Below, piece by piece: positions 1 to 14,202 of a DNA stretch of 64,000 nt (position 1 is its first letter; each line of letters begins with the position of its first letter). This stretch comes from Octopus vulgaris. Its lineage: Eukaryota. Both the position numbers and the translations under genes were made by a program. The DNA lies in the NCBI GenBank assembly GCA_951406725.2, contig OX597837.1, positions 46,810,001 to 46,874,000 of the forward strand. Direction: 5' to 3'. The notes beneath the pieces are model-generated. The model searched no databases. It saw nothing but the letters and a program-made list of their open reading frames with translations, and was not told where the DNA came from.

Positions 1-1980
1 TCTTGACAGTCTGTCTGTTATTTGATTGTGATTTCATTTTGTTAATTATTATTTTCGTTAATTAATTAAGATTAGTTTTCTAATTAGTTTTGAGACACGG
101 TATGTGTATGTGTTCATATTTTCTGGTTTCTCTGCTACTTTATTTAAATAATGATTTGGATGTGCACAAAGCAGTGGGAGGCAACGCCTTGCTCCATCAT
201 CACCGAAACAAACCAACCCTGCACTCCCAATCCATCCTGAATTATTTTGTTAACGCGTCTCTGTGCAGCCAGCTGCCCGTTTGTGCAACCATGGGATACC
301 AAACAACTACTGAACACGTATTCAATATAACTGATTCTATTGTTAATCTCTTCCTGATTAAAAGCACTCTCATTATTTCTTGTGATATTGTCTTTGTGTG
401 TGTGATACATAAACATGCATCAACACACATCCATTTGCATATCTACATACATGCATGTGTAGATTCGTCAACGTTTGTTTTGCACTTGTTCTGGTGTGTT
501 AATTTCATTACAACTTCATCCCCGGCCCTGTTTGTCTATATACACCCTGTAGGGTTTTGTCAATGCTAGTCAAGTTTTAGTTGCCCTCTATCTATCAGGA
601 GATTCATAATTAACTTAAATATTTACTACTAGAGTAGGGCTGTCCCTTTTACCTCTCCTACTCTCTATTAACCATGTCTGAGGAACCGAATTCTTTGTTG
701 GCATCTGAGTCCTGCACAGCTTACATTGCTACCAAGTTAAATTCAGACAAGTTTGGCCAGTCAGAATTGAACCTAGCATCCCCAATCTGCCAGGTTTTAA
801 TGTTTTGATTTCCCTTTGCCTGCTCTATTCAGACTCATCCACCCTCTCCAATCTGTCAGAATTTACAATTTTGATGACCCACCACCCTCCAATTTTTTCA
901 GAATTTACAAATTTCATGATTGTGGTTAAATTAGAATTTTTTTGGATGTTGATGTCAGAGTTGATTCATCTCCTCTTCCTCCCCCGCTGTCCCTGTCATC
1001 ACAGCAATTTTTTTCATAAATAATTCTCAGTTCAGACAAGCTCAGCCTCCTAACCAATTATTGGCAGTACCAAAAGATAAGATTTTTTTTTCCTTTTTGT
1101 TTTTTTATATCACAACTCTGCCTGGTCTGTTTGAATGTTTGTGACTATATAATACGTATATCTATCTTACATCAGTTAGAAGCAGTTTTGTCTTGTAGAC
1201 ATAAATAAGCTTAAACCTGAATCTGTCTGTCTGTCCTCTGCTATTTCATAGAGAAACTTTACTTACCTTAGACGAAGATATTTAAATGATTTTATAGCTA
1301 AGGTTTCTGTCTTGCTCTTTTAATTTCTACAATATTCCAAAATGTTCATGTAGTACTTGGGTATTTTGCATTCATAAGGGTTATTTCATTATTAATATTG
1401 TTGTTATTATTACTGTTTGTTTTTTTAAAATGTTTTTCCAGTAGTTAATTAGCTAAAAATGCCAAGATTATTTTTGATTTGATTTCTGCTGTTTTGGTTT
1501 GTTATTATAATGAACAGTCACACAAATGTGTACACCTTACGCACGTGCACACACACACACACACACACACACAAGCTCATATGCATACAAAGCTAGATTT
1601 TAAAATTAATTTTATTACTGCTTAATTTTGGTTTGTTTAGCTAAAGAATATAAATTACACCCACTAACGCATACATTTGACGTTTTTTTGGTTTTAACCC
1701 TGCAAAACTCTGTCCTCACATTGTAATGTTTTTGTTGTTCACCAATAAGCTGTTTCTTCTTCGTCCAGACATTTCAAGTCTCCTCAACTTATTTTTTATT
1801 ATTAAATTTCATTTTCCAATAATTTTCTCTCCTGGCTTTGAAAACAAAAGAAAAAAAAAATTTTTTTATTTTGACTCGTTTTTGTTTTATTTTCTAAATA
1901 CTATTTTTTGATTAATGCTCTGAGACATATTTTTCCTCTTTTTCCCTTCTTTCACTTTGTTTATTCTAATGATTTTATTA

Positions 1981-2014
<34 letters not shown>

Positions 2015-5000
2015 AATGCTTTTATTTGCTGTTTTGTTGATCCCTCTTTTTCCCTCTCTCTATCTCACATGACAACCTATTGTTTAAAAATGTTTTGTGT
2101 TTGTCATGAATATTTTGTCGAAATTTGGGAAATAATAAGAAAAATAATAAAGAATGTCGAGAGTAAATTCTTTCTTTTGTGTTCCTTAATGTCACCGCTT
2201 GGTCTTTTAGTTCTGACAGGCAGAAATGCCTTGGATTGAGTTCTTACATCCTTTTATGCTTTGCATTCAAATCCTCTTCATATTAACGAAGGAAACCGCA
2301 ATGAGTCAACAGGGAAACTCTTATGGAAGCAGTATCAAATTCCTCCTTCAAGCAATACCCAAAATGGCTTGTCTGGTGCTGTAGTCTGGGCTATGGTACT
2401 CCGGGAAACAAGATGAACCGGTCATTGCTAGATTGGGGAGCATCATAGCCATGTGTTGAGAAGGATTCTTTGGGCTTTGAATAAATGTAACAAAAGGAAC
2501 TGTTAACCATTTTCCTTACTTTCTAGAGGTAAGCAAATAGGAAATAACTGTTGCTACCCAAGAACAAAAATTGTGTTACCCAGTGTTATATAGTCTGTGA
2601 GTTCAAACCATGCCTGGAAGTCACTTTAATTTCCATCTTTTTACAATTGATGAAATAAAGTACCAATCAAATACTAGAATTGATAGGCAGAAAAAGAGTA
2701 GGTAGAAATTCAATATGGGGCCCAATATAAGCCATAGGGGCAGATGTCATGGGATCACAGACTGGGAATATATATAATCTTCAAATGTGGCAGATACACA
2801 GAAATTAACAGTAAAAGTACACATGAAATAAATCTTCTCATCTGTTCAGGAGACACTCTAGAAATAGTAACTTTAGTTTCTCAGCAGTCTATAATTTGCA
2901 GTGAAGGTGGGTGTTCTAAAAGCACAGCTACCAGAGTAAGAAAGAATCTTTATTTGTGTGAGGAGAAGATTGTATGACACTGTATTGTCTGGTCTACAAG
3001 TCAAACTTTTCAGACCAAAATTGACAGCCAAAAAGGGATGGGTTCACTTTGGGGATCAAAAATTCCATGTGAAATGCAGCAGCATTTGGAAAGATAGCAA
3101 TGATGTTTGAATGTTGACACTACAAATACATTGTATACTATGTCGACTTGCTACGAGAAAATGCAGTATTTGTATTTAAAGTGTTGTACTGCACGGTAGT
3201 GGGGTGTGGACCCTGAATAAAGAGGATTTGTGAAGGCTGGAGAGAGAAAGAGATGACTTTGTTTCACTGGTTGTGTGATGTTAGTGTGAACAAATGTCAA
3301 AGCACAAAACTGGATACAAGACGGATCAAACGGTGTAAGAGAAGAAAAACTGTGCTGGTAAGTGATACCTGTGGAAGGTGTAAGTTGTATAAAGAAGTGC
3401 TAAGAGTTCCAAGTAATCAGAAGTTCTGGAAAAGGATGAAGAGGTGAAGACTAGTCACAAGAGTCTGACACAGATGTAAGAGACAGCAAAGGATTGCATC
3501 AAATGGTCAAGTGTTGATGGACAAGACTCAGGCAAGCATGGTAAAATGGATATAGTAATGGTGGTGGTGGTCATAATTGGCATGCATCTGTCTCCCTTAC
3601 CATCTCCCATCTTTATTGTTACTCCTCTCTCCCTCTCATATATCTCCCCACTCCCCTTTAATTCATTATTGGTATCCATAAAGATCCTAGATTGGCAGAG
3701 TTGTTAGTGCCAAGCAAAATGCTTTGAGATACTTGTTCTGGCATTTTGCATTCTCCATTCAAATCCTGCTGAGGGCAGTTTTGCTTTTCATCCCTCTGGG
3801 GTAAGTCAAAATAAAGTACCAGTCAACTACTGGGGTTAATTTAATTGACTGACTTCTGTCTTCAAAGGCTTTGTTCTTCAGTTAGAAACATTTATGAACA
3901 TCTGTCTTCCATCTTTCTTCTGTCACTCTCTCTCCTCCCCCCACCATTGTAGGATGTTTCATGTTCAGACTTTGATCTCCTTTGCTCATGCTACTTCTAT
4001 CCAGCCTCTTTACCAACAACCATCACATAACTGTCTCTCTCTTATCATCTTCTCATGTTGGCTCTCTTCCTACCAAGTAATATGAGTTAATAGTACAAAT
4101 AAATGGAGACAAAGCAGGCAAGAGAGGTCCTTTTTTATTATTATTGGGGAAGAAACAGATGCAACACAGGGTTCTTAAGGGGGCTCTTAAGTGTTGCTAA
4201 GATTATGGTAACCTCTTTAGTGCTGGTACCACGGTAAAGTGTACCCAGGACATTCTGTAAAATGATTGGTGATAAAAGGGGCATCCAATTTAAGAAATCA
4301 TCCCATATAAGGTAATATATGATCATGATGAGATCCAAAGCCTATTTAGGAGAGTAAGTCCAAATGAGAATGCACTGTGGCAACCCATTCAATTCATACG
4401 AACACTGGAAAAGTGGGCTTAAATGATGATGAAGTAAAACCTCAAATTCTTACAACTACAAGCAAATGGTACATCTTTCATTGCAGCTGCCAGGGTATTG
4501 TATGGACATAGAATGAAATATTGCCACATTCATAGCTTCCCCACTTGTGAGGTCACATGAAAGATGTGGTGTACACAGGAGCAGCTATGATTCCTTGCCA
4601 TTGCCTACATGGTTATGTACTCCATTCACGTGATGTCAGTGTCTTGGAGACAAATTCTTGTCTTGCCATTGTGATGTATGTCTTCATTGTAAGAACCCAT
4701 GACAGGGAGTATTACATCTCAAAAGGAAATGGGATTGCAAGTCAACTGTCATCACACACATATATTATCATCCTTTTATGTCTACTTTCCATGCTGGCAT
4801 GGGTTGGACAGTTCAATAAGTTGTAGGACAACATCTTCCAATGTTTCATATATTGGTTTCAAATTTTGGTACCAGGCCAGTAGTTTAGGGGTTGAAGGGG
4901 TAAGTCAATTAAATTGATCCCCAGTGCTCAGCTGGTACTTGTTTTATTGACCGAGAAAGGATGAAAGCAAAGTCAACTCTGGCAGAATTTGAACTCAGAA

Positions 5001-5151
5001 CATAAAGACAGACAAAATGTCACCAAGCATCTTGTCCAGCATTCTAATACAGAATAATATTGGCCCAACAGCTTTGACCTATGGACACTAACAACATGCT
5101 GTATTAATCTGAGTGAAACAGAGTTCAGTTAACAAGATACCTCTAATTATG

Positions 5152-5255
5152 TCACCTGACAAGACGCTTCTGCAGCAAGAGGTGCACCACAACAAGTTGT
5201 TTAGTTTCCCACCCATGAGGGATCGATGCAGGATGTGTCAAAACAATCATTGTGA
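5152..5255 (+). ncRNA. Decayed hammerhead, same family as 17861
   Basis: TCAC-CTGACAA-GAC...CCCACCCATGAGGGATCGATGC...GTGTC-AAAA-CAATCA-TT-GTGA. Confidence 0.55.
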
Positions 5256-5445
5256 ACAATAAAGTTTCCTGTGTATTCCATTTTTCCATCTCCATCGTTT
5301 GTTTTATACTCAATGTACACTGAGGATCCCCTGAAGCAGAACCAGCTACAATTATGTAATTATTGTGGATGACACCAGGTAGCCATAGACAGTGTATGTG
5401 CTTTACCAGCATACTACTAGGAAACATACCCAACACTTAAATATA

Positions 5446-5837
5446 TCTATATATATAAAGCTGAAGTTGTCTGTGTATGGCAGGTTTGGTAGCCTTCAAC
5501 TAACACTATCTCCTCCGAGACCCTGCAGCGCAAGTTGACCAAAATTGAGAGTATGATAGAAGAAGACTTGCTCTTCCTTCCGTAGAAGAAAAAATTCAAA
5601 TCAGACCATGTTAACACCAAAAATTATTTACATCAAAAAGGTGCTTTTTTTTCTATGAAAATCCCTATTTTTTACGATTTTTTTCACTGCTGTGTTGCCA
5701 TTTTTCGGTGTATTTCAACCAGAAAAATGTTCACTTAAAGAGAATAACAAGCTACATAATGCAAAATTTTTACTTTTCAAAAGTTCCAATTCTAAAGGGT
5801 CGAAACAAACCCGAGCAACGCCGGGCGATACTGCTAG
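5446..5837 (+). mobile_element. Non-autonomous Helitron
   Basis: A|TCTATATATATAAAG 5' end, subterminal hairpin CCCGAGCAACGCCGGG, CTAG|T 3' end. Confidence 0.8.
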
Positions 5838-6162
5838 TACGTATAAAAAATATATATTTACACACACATTCATATACCATCATCATCATCATCATCATCA
5901 TCAACATAATAATTTTATGTCCACTTTCCATTCTGGTTTGTTGGTTCATTTTGTTTCCTTTATATAATTAACAAAAGTATCTATCTTATAAACATCTGAA
6001 TATACACAACCTCATTTTACTATTTGATGACTCACTTAAGATCCTCCTCCTCTTTCCATCATCATCATCATCATCTTTTTCTTCTTCTTCATTGCACATC
6101 TCTCTCTCTGTCTCTCTTAAGCGAGGTTGGAGAGAAAATAAAGTCAACAATTATTTAAATCA

Positions 6163-6203
<41 letters not shown>

Positions 6204-6535
6204 ACACACACATGCATGTGCATGAAATGTAGTACTGAGTGTGGAACGTGACTTAATTGTTACATTATTGACATACTCCTATCACCCTCATAACACCTGC
6301 CAGCTGCTTTTCTACACACACACACACACACGCATACACAAAGACCCCACACACATTCATGCTTACACATGCATGCACATACACACATGCACACATCACA
6401 CACATGCATGTCCATACACACATGCACACATCACACACGCAAGGATTAGTTGTAAACTAAGAACTCCAGCAGTATAAGTTAAATTTACTTCTTTTAGTCT
6501 TCGAAAAAGACTGCAAGTTCTGCTTTTGCACAAGA

Positions 6536-7215
6536 ATGGTAACCAGAAACAGACTTAGAAGTTTCCCAGCCTCAAAGACAACTAAAAATGGTGATACATC
6601 TTTAAAAGGACCGGAGCAATTGTTAGATTTGACAAGGAAACTGGAAATGATATATGAAAAAGCAAGACTTTCTGGTATTGACATTAATGCGGTTCCCTGT
6701 CTTGTTAGATCCCATCTGCAACTTGCTGAAGAGAGGAAGCTGACAATGGTTCCATGGCAACGGAAGAAAACACTACATCACATCATCATCATTGCGTTCA
6801 CCCTTTGTCTTCTTCTTTCACCGACATTTCAGGATTGGCTTCAGAACTCACCCTGTTTGCTTGAAAACAATGAAATCCTGATGGAAGTTTTGAGACCAGC
6901 TTCAAACTGTGAAGAACTGTGTCTTGGAATGGATTCGGTGCCAACAGAATTTAACATCAGCACAGAAAAATTCATGCAAAAATATGCATACACTGGACAT
7001 CCTGTCTTGATCAAAAATGCCACCACAAACTGGACGGCTCTGAAGATGTTCAATTTCAACTTCTTCCATAAACTTTTTAGTTCAAGACTGAGCCATTTGG
7101 AAGAATGCATGTTTTTCCCATACAACACTAACTTTACAAGTTTTGCTCAGTTCTTAGGAATGCCCCTGGCCAGGGCTCAGTTTAATCCTGGTCAGTTACC
7201 TTGGTATGTTGGATG
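6536..7215 (+). CDS. JmjC/cupin-like (putative 2OG-Fe(II) dioxygenase) membrane-anchored protein, coding exon 1 of 4
   Basis: 227-codon ORF (MVTRNRL...hydrophobic IIIIAFTLCLLLSPTF...KFMQKYAYTGHPVLIKNATTNWTA...PWYVGW). It ends at a TG|GTAAGT donor (phase 2) that matches the next exon. Confidence 0.9.
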
Positions 7216-8080
7216 GTAAGTAACTCAGGATTTTCATTGATTTATATTTCTATAGGTGCTGGCACAGGTGTGGCTGTGTGGTAAGAAGTTGGTTTCCTAG
7301 CAACATGATTCCAGACTGAATCCGACTGTCTGGCACCTTTGGCAAATTGTTGTCTTCTGCTATAGCCTCAGGCCTACCAAAGCTTTGTAAATGGATTTGG
7401 TTGGTGGAAACAAAAAGAAGCCTGTGTGTCGTGTGTGTGTGTATATTACTGTCACTTTGCCTTGGCATCACCAAGCAAGTGGTGTCCCTCGTTTCCAATA
7501 TTCTGTGAAAATATGTCTGGCCATGCAGAAATGTTGTGTTCCTTGGAAACAGGTGAACATTGGCCACAGGAAGGGTATCTAACCATTGAAAATCTGCCTC
7601 CAACAAATTCCACCCAAATCACGTATGCATGGTAAAGTGGGTGTTAAAATGATAATGATGGTAATGAGAGTATTTTGATTTGTTGATAGAGCCATGTAAA
7701 AACACACACACATAATATACAGTCTGGGCCTAAAGTCACACACAAAATAAATTCAACACACTCGGGAATTGTCAAAGACATGCTTCAATTTTCTTAAATT
7801 GTATAAAATAAATAGAATAATAATGAATACACACGTACATGAGGAACAAAGTGAATAACGAGAATTCTTCCCATTTTTTAGGCCAAGGCCTGAAATTTGT
7901 GGGAGAGGAGTAGTCTATTGCATCGACCCCAGTACTCAACTGGTACTTGTTTTATTGACCCTGAAAGGGTGAAAGGCAAAATTGACGATGGTGGAATTTG
8001 AACTCAGAACGTGAAGGCAGATGAAATATCACTAAGCATTTCACCCAGCATGCTAATGATTCTGTCAGCTTGCCAGCCTG

Positions 8081-8082
<2 letters not shown>

Positions 8083-8130
<48 letters not shown>

Positions 8131-8191
8131 AATAATAATAATGATAATAATAATAACAATAATAATAACAATAATAATGATAATAATAATG

Positions 8192-8225
<34 letters not shown>

Positions 8226-8246
8226 TAATAATAATAATAATAATAA
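8083..8246. repeat. (AAT)n microsatellite
   Basis: Directly visible. Confidence 0.95.
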
Positions 8247-8415
8247 ACTTTTACTACTCTGGGCAGAAGGCCCGAAATTTTGGGGGAGGGGCCAGTTGAA
8301 TAGATCGACCCCAGTATGCAACTGGTACTTAATTTATCGACCCTGAAAGGATGAGAGGCAAAGTTGACCTTGGCAGAATTTGAACAACTCAGAATGTAGC
8401 AACGGGCGAAGCACC

Positions 8416-8463
<48 letters not shown>

Positions 8464-8987
8464 GTAATTAACATAAATAATTGTCAAATGTATTGGTGCA
8501 TGACTTTTGTCCTACTCTGTAGAATAACAGATCTTTCGTCTCTTATGAGGGGAAACATTCCTATAAAAACTGTTTGTGGACGGGAGGTGACTAAGTTATT
8601 TTCAAAAACATTGTTGGGACAGCTGTACTTAATAATTTGACTGTAGAATGGAGGCAAAGACTTCAGAAAGTGGAGTCTTTAATAATTAATACTGGCTGGA
8701 CATGTGCAGATTCTTTAGTTTGCTTTAGTCTTCGTTGGTTGACAAACTTTGGTGCATTTGTTTTATTCTTTGTCTTGTGTTTGTTTGATATATTGTTCTT
8801 ATAATTTAATCTGCTGCTTTTTAAATGCTGTGCTGTGAGGGAGTTCGAAGTGTGTCAGTGATTTTCATGTTGCTCCAGTCCACTCAGAGTATTCCTGCAA
8901 TGGACTGGGATGCCATCCGGGTGAGGAACCCAGCTCTATGAGTTTAGATGATATGGAAAGGAACTTTATTTCTTTTTACTACCAGGC

Positions 8988-9000
8988 ATATCATCATCGG

Positions 9001-9041
<41 letters not shown>

Positions 9042-9100
9042 CCATCACCACCACCACCACCACCACCACCACCACCATCACCATCACCATCATCATCATC

Positions 9101-9148
<48 letters not shown>
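8988..9148. repeat. (CAT)n/(CAC)n microsatellite
   Basis: Directly visible. Confidence 0.95.
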
Positions 9149-9255
9149 GCCACCACTACTTTGCAGGAAGGTGAATCTAAGAAATAATTATTACTACAGA
9201 GTAGGGAAAAGGTAGCCTTCATGCTGCTTTGAGAAATTATTACTTTTGGAAAATA

Positions 9256-9475
9256 TGAGGGGTTGCTAAAAAGTTCCTGGCTTTAAGGGTATTGTGAAAG
9301 GCATGGCTGGAGGACCAATCTTTCAAGTTCTTTTACAGGGTTTAGAAAAACTAAAGGACCACTGCAATTAAGTGTGTGAATCTGAAAGGGGAATATGTTC
9401 AATGATAAAATCCTAATTAACTGCTTCTCCTGTATTTTCTCTTATCCAAAGCCAGAAACTTTTCAGCAGCCCTCA
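9256..9475. mobile_element. Mariner-derived MITE
   Basis: TIRs TGAGGGGTTGCTAAAAAGTTCCTGGCTTT / AAAGCCAGAAACTTTTCAGCAGCCCTCA, TA at the left end. Confidence 0.8.
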
Positions 9476-9798
9476 TTTAAATTTATTGCATAACTAATCC
9501 CCTAATCGGGATTTGATCCTCTGCTAAAACTACTTCCGTGTCTTCAGTCCATTTTATATCCTTGTACACATGTTGAATATATAAATTACACAGTAGAAAT
9601 TTGATCAATGTGTTCACACGACATACTTTGCAAGACTACCAAAACACTCTCTACTGACTACTACTACCAACCTCCACTCTTTATAAGAGTTCAGCTAGTC
9701 CAGTCTTCCAATCCCCCAGGGGTGTCAATGACTCTCACCACAACAGTCATTTAGTTATATTTTGTTCTTAAAAGTAATTTTCTTTTTCTTCTTCTAAG

Positions 9799-9934
9799 GA
9801 GCAATTGTGATCCAGAAATTTCTGTTGAATTGAGGAAGCATTATGAGAAACCTTATTTTCTGCCAAGGGATTCAGAAGCAACTTCAGTGGATTGGATTTT
9901 TATGGGTGGATTCGGCAAGGGTGCTCACATTCAT
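9799..9934 (+). CDS. JmjC-like gene, coding exon 2
   Basis: Polypyrimidine tract plus AG acceptor at 9797-9798. Encodes (W)SNCDPEISVELRKHYEKPYFLPRDSEATSVDWIFMGGFGKGAHIH. GTAAGT donor, phase 0. Confidence 0.92.
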
Positions 9935-11317
9935 GTAAGTATCAGGACTTATAGGACTTCAGTAATTCTTTTAGCAGAGCTCATTCTGTTGCAGGCATTT
10001 AAATCCTTCTCACACGTATTCATCCTTGGCATTAACTTGTGTCCAAAGTACTTAATCTGTAGCGAGTGATTGAGCATCTTCATCCTAATGGTGTGATGGG
10101 TGCCTGTGGCAGACGTGGCTGTTCAGGCCAAGGGTGGTATAGAGGAACCAGGGGCATTTATTGCAGGGGAAGGTTGGCAGGGGATGAGGAAGTGTGAGTT
10201 GCACTTTGTCACTTCAACGGCTGATCTCTGCCTCTTGATGATGTACAGTAAACAGCATCAAATTGTATTCGTAACTTTAGATTACTTTTTAATTTTTACT
10301 GTACCGTATTAAAAATAAAAATTATTTGTTTGTAAGCTTAAAATAGGATTTTATTAACCATGTATTATAGAAAATGCATTCATAAATAAAGTACAGAACT
10401 GGGAATGGTTATTATTGGCCTAGCCTAGCCTAGAGACAAGTTAAGTCATTTTTCAACTTAAGTCGTGTCTCCTGGAAGCAATTAACGGCGTAGGATGAGG
10501 GATGCCAGTACATGAACATTGCAAAATGACTTATCTCTAGTATCGGCATGTCTGCCACTGCAAGGGAGAAACGAATACACTCTTTTGAGTCAGAAGTTAG
10601 TCATGAATATATTTATAGATGGAAACACGAAGTAGATGTTGCAGTGAATTAAGATTCATTTTCTGCAGTTGAAAACTGCATTAACAAAGGACCAGAAACA
10701 GCCTGGTTTTATGCAAATTGGAATTTCAAAGATCTTTTCTTGAAAATCTTTGGTTTAGTAAAAGTTACATAGATATATAATTACTTCTTAAATACCTTGC
10801 TCTGTTAAATTTAGACATATACATGTGTGTACACACCACATACACACACATTTATACATGTATAGACTTTATGTTAGTGAGTGGAAGTTTTTATTCATAA
10901 CAATTAAATTTGGTCAAACATGACAAATGTGATGATGATGATGTTCCCATCATCATCATCGTTTAACGTCCGTTTTCCGTGCTAGCACAGGTTGGACAGT
11001 TTGACTGGAGCCTGGGAAGCCAGGAGGCTGCACCAGGCTCCAGTCTGATCTGACAGTGTTTCTACAGCTGGATACCCTTCATAACGCCAACCACTCTGAG
11101 AGTGTTGTGGGTGCTTTTTATGTACCACCGGCACAGGTGCTGGGGAGGCTGGCAGCGGCCACGATCGGTTGATGCTTTTTACGTGCCACCGACACAGGTA
11201 TCACAACGTATCACAACTACAATTTCCATTTAAACAATATGTTTCTGTAACTTCAAGTGACAGTCTTTAATCCTCATCTTGTTCTCAACAGTTGCACCAT
11301 CCTCATTCTATTTATAG

Positions 11318-11450
11318 ATCGATGCAGTAAAACGCCCATCATGGCAAGCTATGATAGCTGGTAAGAAAACATTTATGCTTATTGTTCCTCCGGAGTGTGA
11401 ACATTTATGCAAATATACTCTGAATGTTACCATGGAAACTGGAGATATTC
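11318..11450 (+). CDS. JmjC-like gene, coding exon 3
   Basis: TTTATAG acceptor. Encodes IDAVKRPSWQAMIAGKKTFMLIVPPECEHLCKYTLNVTMETGDI and completes the H-x-D motif across the splice. GTGAGT donor, phase 1. Confidence 0.92.
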
Positions 11451-12199
11451 GTGAGTCACTCTCATTTTTCACTTTGTTGTTCTTGTCGTTATTGCTTCAT
11501 ACAAACATTAGTAACAGAGATAATACCTTGCAGTATTTGTTCTGGCTTTTTATCTTCTGAATCGAAATCCCACTGAGGTTAACTTTGCCTTTCATCCTTC
11601 CAGAGTCCATAAAATAAAGAACCAGTCTAGTACCGCCAGATGGTACTAACTCCTTTCTTTAAACTTGCTGTCATTGTACCTAAATCAGAAACACAATCAT
11701 CATCATCGTTATCGTTTAACATCCGTTGTCCATGCTGGCTTGGGTTGGACAGTTTGACCAGGGCTGGTAAGCTGAGGGACTGCACCAGACTCCAGCCTGA
11801 TTTGGCAGGGTTGCCCTTCCTAATGTCAACCACTCCAAGAGTGTAATGGGTGCTTTTGTGTGCCACTGGCACATGTGACAGTTGCATGACACCAGTATCT
11901 GTCGCAACTACAATTTCACTTGGCTTGACGGGCCTTTTTCTCAAGCACAGCATATTGCTAAGGGTCTTGGTTATTTGTCATGGTTTCTGTGGGACCCAAC
12001 ACTTGAAAGGTGCTTCTTACATGGGTACCAGCTACATGACACCAGTATCGGCCACATTACCTCCATGAGGCCCAACACTCAAAAGGTGCTTTTTACATGC
12101 CACCAGCATGGGTGCCAGTCATGTGACACTGACAACAACCACAGTTATGATTTCACTTGGCTTGACAGATCTTCGCAAGCATGACATATCACCAAAGGT

Positions 12200-12990
12200 C
12201 CCGGTCCCTAGTCATTGCCTCCGTGAGACCCAACACTTGAAGATCATGCTTCACCACCTCCTCCTGTGTGTTCCTAGGTCTCCCTCTACCCCGGATTCCC
12301 TCCACAGTTAGAGATCGGAACTTCTTCACACAGCTGTCCTCATCCATATTCATCACATAACCATACCAATGCAGTCGTCTCTCTTACGCACCACATCTGA
12401 TGCCTCTTATGCTCAACTTTTCTCTCAAGATGCTTACACTCTGTCATGCATGCTTACTGACATTGCACATCCAGCAAAGCATACTGACTTCATTTCTTTC
12501 AAGCCTATGCATGTCCTTGGCAGTCACAGCCCTGTTTCACTGCCATGTAACATAACTGTTCACACAGAGGCATCATACAATCTACCTAACAGAGGAAGGA
12601 ACTCTCTGAATATTGTCCAGCCTTTTCTTATTCTAGCAGTTATGGTCTTGAAGCATCCATCTCTGCTACTGACTTGGTCACCTAGGTAACAGAAGCTATC
12701 AACTACTTTTGGGTATCCTCCCTGGCATTTGGTGCACATTTTTAGTGTTAATTGTACCTGTGCACCTTCCACACATGAAAACTATTTTCCCTGTTAATCT
12801 TTCTCTGATATAGCTGTACCTCTTATGTATTCATAGCTTATACCAGGTGTATCTTATGGAGTTTTCACCTATGCCTTTCCTACATATCGATCGGGGCCAT
12901 TTTCCTGAAGTGATTTGTGATTTGTCTGCTTTCTTACTTACTAAGACTTTGGTTTTTGCTAGATTAACTCTAAGGTTCTTTGAGTCTAGA
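12200..12990 (-). mobile_element. RTE-clade LINE RT C-terminal fragment
   Basis: VVDSFCYLGDQVSSRDGC..TITARIRKGWTIFREFLPLL..RLYDASV. A related degenerate copy lies at ~2950-3540 on +. Confidence 0.75.
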
Positions 12991-13089
12991 CCTTGCTACA
13001 CCACCCCAAATTATTATACATCACAAAGACCATTAGATAGGAAAATCAACAGAGCACTGTAAAACAAAATGTTTTGTGATATTGGTTCC

Positions 13090-13895
13090 TGTAATTTACA
13101 TTCTGAGATTTTCATGCTTTAGGAATGGTCTTTTGTCACTTGAAGACCAACCTCGTTCAGGGCAATTGTTGACCTCCTGAATGAATGAAAACAGCATGGA
13201 AATTCATGAACTGATCTTGGAGGACTGTTGCTGAACAATTGAAGAACCTGTTGATATGACTGGTGTATCCTGGATCTCCAGCCAAAGAATTTTGAGCAAG
13301 GAATTGTGAATGAAAAATGTTGCAGCAAAATTTGTGCCTCGCTTGCTCATGGAAAGTCAAAAGCAATCACAACTGAAATAACAGTTGGGAGTTGATCTGG
13401 ACCTTTTTCCAAAGGTCGTCACTGGCGACAAAAGCTGATGCCGTAGTTACAACCCAGAAATGGAAGCAGCAATCAAGGCAATCGAAGAATTCAATGTCAC
13501 CATGTCTCAAAGAAGCACGTCAAGTGAAGTCCAATGTCAAGACGATTCTGATTTGTGTTATTGATGCAAAAGGAATTGTCCACAACAGAATTTATTCCTC
13601 CTGGTCAAACCAAGTGTTTTACTTGGCAGTTCCGAAGTGTTTACAAGATGCAGTGAGACAAAAATGCTCTGACCTGTGGGAAAGTGGAGAGTGGTGGTTT
13701 CATCAGGACAATGGGCCTGCATACACCCCGCCTTGAGTGTAAGAAGGTTTTGCCAAAAATGGCATGACCTTGCTTACCCACCTTGCCTATTCACTCAAAC
13801 TTGCTCCCTGTAACTTTTTTCTGTTACTCCAAATGAAAAAAGTTCTTAAAGGGAAGCGTTTTGCAGATGTGAAAGAGGTGTTAAAAGTTCCAGGA
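13090..13895 (+). mobile_element. Mariner transposase pseudogene (JmjC intron 3)
   Basis: AAKFVPRLL, KSNVKTILICVIDAKGIVH, WWFHQDNGPAY, YSLKLAPCNFFL..MKKVLKGKRF, with frameshifts. Confidence 0.88.
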
Positions 13896-14116
13896 CTGCT
13901 TCAAGACTGACAAGACTGATAGAATAAGTACTAGTCTTACAAAGAATAAGACCTGGGGTTGATTTGTTTGACTATAGGCGGTGCTCCAGCATGGCTGTAG
14001 TCAAATGACTGAAACAAATAAAAGAATATATTTTCCTGTGAATTATGTGTTATCATGAATATGTGTTGTGCTTATAAATCTGTGAATATTTATATTTATT
14101 TCCTTTTGTCTTGTAG

Positions 14117-14202
14117 TCATATTGGACACCAATCAGTGGTATCATTCTACTTACATCCATCCTGAAGAGGTGAGCATTGCCATCGGATCAGAGTATGACT
14201 GA
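14117..14202 (+). CDS. JmjC-like gene, final coding exon
   Basis: TTGTAG acceptor. Encodes (L)ILDTNQWYHSTYIHPEEVSIAIGSEYD*, including the distal His (WYH). Phase is consistent; total ~344 aa. Confidence 0.92.

Noticed and set aside
90-569. 159-aa ORF and overlapping minus-strand ORFs
   Set aside because: No recognisable domain or convincing splice structure; the first 2 kb look UTR- or intron-like.
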